A program made the position numbers and the translations under genes. Below the pieces are notes generated by a model. It saw only the letters and a program-made list of their open reading frames with translations. It had not been told where the DNA came from and did no database searches. Shown in pieces: positions 61,801-64,000 of a DNA stretch of 64,000 nucleotides. The stretch comes from Cyanophora paradoxa CCMP329. Taxonomy: Eukaryota; Plantae; Glaucophyta. Every line of letters starts with the position of its first letter. The first letter of the stretch is position 1. The stretch covers positions 292,457 to 356,456 of the forward strand of contig QPMI01000104.1 in NCBI GenBank assembly GCA_004431415.1, given 5' to 3'.

Positions 61801-63533
61801 GCGCCCCGTACCCGCCGCGGGCTGCTTCCTGCCCGGACGAACGTTCGCCTTTCCCCGCAGGAGGCGGGGAACGAGGAGCGGCTGCTGAAGGCGAAGCTGT
61901 GGGTACGCGCCCTCCTCGACACAATCGATGTCGTGCGCCGTACCCCTCTGCGATTCCCCCCCCCCCCTCTTTTTTTTACCCGGAGCGGCAGTCCGCCGGC
62001 GGGGACCGCGAACTGCCCCCCGACCTCGCAAAGTTCATACGGGTACGCGCCCGCTGCCGCCGCCCCGTACCCCCTCTCCCTGCAAGCCCTGGCGCAGGTT
62101 CATCTCGCGGGCTCGCGGACGGTACCCCCCCGCAAGCTGCTGTACGCCTGCGAGCGCCGCGTCGTGTACGGGGACCCTACCCCCGAGATCAAGGCGCCCT
62201 CCCCGCTTCCCCCCCCCCCCTTGAATCCCGCTTCTCACTGTACCCCAGGCCCTCGCGAAGGCGGAGCTCGTCACCGTTTCGCCCCGGAGGAAGGTCAGCT
62301 CCCCCCCCCCCCCCCCCCCCCCCCCGCCCCCCGCCCCCCGCCTTTGCCCCGTCCATCCCTCAAGGAAAAACGCAGGGGAAGGAGGCCGCGAGGCCGCTGC
62401 CGCTGACGGCGGCGGGGGCGCTCGGGGGCCCGGGGGGCCCGCTGGCGGCCTCGCGGCGGCCCCTCGTCCTCACCGCCCACTTCCTCCTCACCAAGATCCT
62501 CGTCTCCGACGTGCGCGTACCCCGGCCCGGCATGGAATCCTAGCTTTCTAACAGTAACGGTCCGAAGTCCTAGCTTTCTAATAGTAATACCATATCATAG
62601 TTACTTAGCTTTCTAAGACCCTCGTCTCCGACGTGTGCGCCCTGATCCAGAGCTTGGACAATCTCGCGAGCTCTGAAGACCCGCGCGCAGCTGGTGCTGC
62701 GGCCGTGGGACAAGCTCTCGGGGATCGCCCCGGGGGGCGTACCCCCCGGAGACGCCGCCCCCGCAACAACCTCAAGGTCCCCCCTTCACCCCCCCCCCCC
62801 CCCCCCCCCCCCGCCCGCTTTCGCTGCTGCTCTTCCGTTCTTTCCGTCCGTCGTTTTCCGATTCCTTTTAATTTTGCCCCTCCTGCGTTCTTCTTTTTCA
62901 ACCTCCAGGTCGTCGCCGCCATCATATACCACGTGCGGCTTTTTACTTAAGCTTTATCATATGCATGCATACGCGCATACCCGCTTTGGGCTTTACATCC
63001 GCCGCCCCGGCGCGACCCAGTCCCCCCCGCCAACCCCGCCCCGCCCCGCCCCGCCCGACCCGCCCGAGACCAGATCGTGCGGCTGGCTCTCGGCGAGACC
63101 GATGTGCGCCCCCCACCCCTTTCGTTCGCAGGAGCCCTCATTCTTCGTTCGCAGGAGCCGGAGCCGTCGGTGGCGTCGGAGCTGCTGCCGGGGGATCGGA
63201 CGGGGCACCTCTTCGAGCGCCTCGAGAGCTGGCTCGCCGAGCAGCAGGTCAGTTAGTTTGTAAGGAGGAGGACAAGGGGGCGGGGCGGGGCGGGGGAGGC
63301 CTAGGGGGCTACCACGACCCTCTAGGATCCAGAGGACCGGGAGAGGGAGAGACTAGGAACACGATACGTCCCAACAATGACAGTGCCCGCGGCTTCATTC
63401 CCCTTGTGTGCCAGCGTCTGGACCTGATAAAGTAATAATAAAGTTAACACAAAGCCTCGCAACAATACCATACACAAAGCGCCAATGACACCACACGACA
63501 CCTGACACCACACGGTGTCCCAAACATCCCCCC

Positions 63534-63564
<31 letters not shown>

Positions 63565-64000
63565 ACACACACACACTTCTCCCTCTTTCCTCCGCCCGGC
63601 GTCCTCCCGACCTGCGCCCCGCCCCCGATTCTAATAACATACATATGTCTTCCGCCTCGGCCCGCTCCCTTCTCCCCACCCCCACTCCCCCTTCCCCTCC
63701 CCTCCCGCCCCCCTCCCCTGCACCCTGTGCCCCGGCCTCTTCGGATGCTGACCTGCCCCTGCTCCTGCAGAACTACCTGCGGTCGGCGCTGCAGGACCTG
63801 CTGAAGGCGGCGGGGCACGGGCCGGCGGGGCCGGCGGCCGCGCGGGGCGCGCGGCCTCCGTCAGCCCGCCGCCCCTCTAGCCCCGGAGGCCGCCCGGGCC
63901 CCGGCTCCCTTGCGATCGGGTTCCGTTTGTTTCAGCCTCTTCAGCCACTTCGGCTCGGCCCAGCTCCTTCGCCTGGGGCCAGTTCAGCCCTTCGCCTCCC
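58833..64000 (+). CDS. Pro/Tyr-rich N-terminus, coiled-coil and uncharacterised globular C-terminus; 3' end probably outside the window
   Basis: ATG at 58833; PYGAYPPAYPPYNPY tract; exons MELLVAQNMQMQNMLLQQ, ARTEARSWLRRNAK, AKLWVRALLDTID, AHFLLTKILVSD|LVLRPWDK, NNLK|VVAAIIYH. Confidence 0.65.
63527..63576 (+). repeat. Poly-C plus (CA)n microsatellite in an expanded intron
   Basis: Seen directly. Confidence 0.9.

Overview
Eukaryotic nuclear DNA from a GC-rich, intron-dense protist or alga. Introns are mostly 55-80 nt and many have GC donors, so the supplied ORF track only shows exon fragments and genes were spliced by eye. The organism cannot be identified from the sequence. The left 40 kb is a large inverted duplication (arms ~1.25-13.85 kb and ~27.5-39.6 kb). 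Each arm holds an aldo-keto reductase head-to-head with a ~10-kb, lower-GC, many-exon gene. That gene appears to encode an unusual fusion: putative Zn motif, protein kinase, TRADD-N-like segment, unknown domain, HeH/SAP-like, RAMA, catalytically dead OTU, NUGGC/SLIP-GC-type dynamin-like GTPase and a helical tail. This is the best candidate for an undescribed, possibly defence-related, system. The left arm is decaying: its AKR has nonsense and frameshift lesions and is fused to a TPR-gene fragment, and its giant gene has one in-frame TAA. Between the arms lie a PSI-domain membrane protein, a Ubl-like/TIR protein, an ABHD17-like hydrolase and a Kelch-TPR-RING gene. The right 24 kb holds an RGG-KH-KH-(CYTH-like) gene, a 5x328-bp tandem array of a whole intergenic spacer, a small hypothetical gene, a truncated 5' gene duplicate, a VIT-VWA gene with a degenerate MIDAS and a Pro-rich gene running off the window. 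All domain calls come from motif recognition, not database searches.
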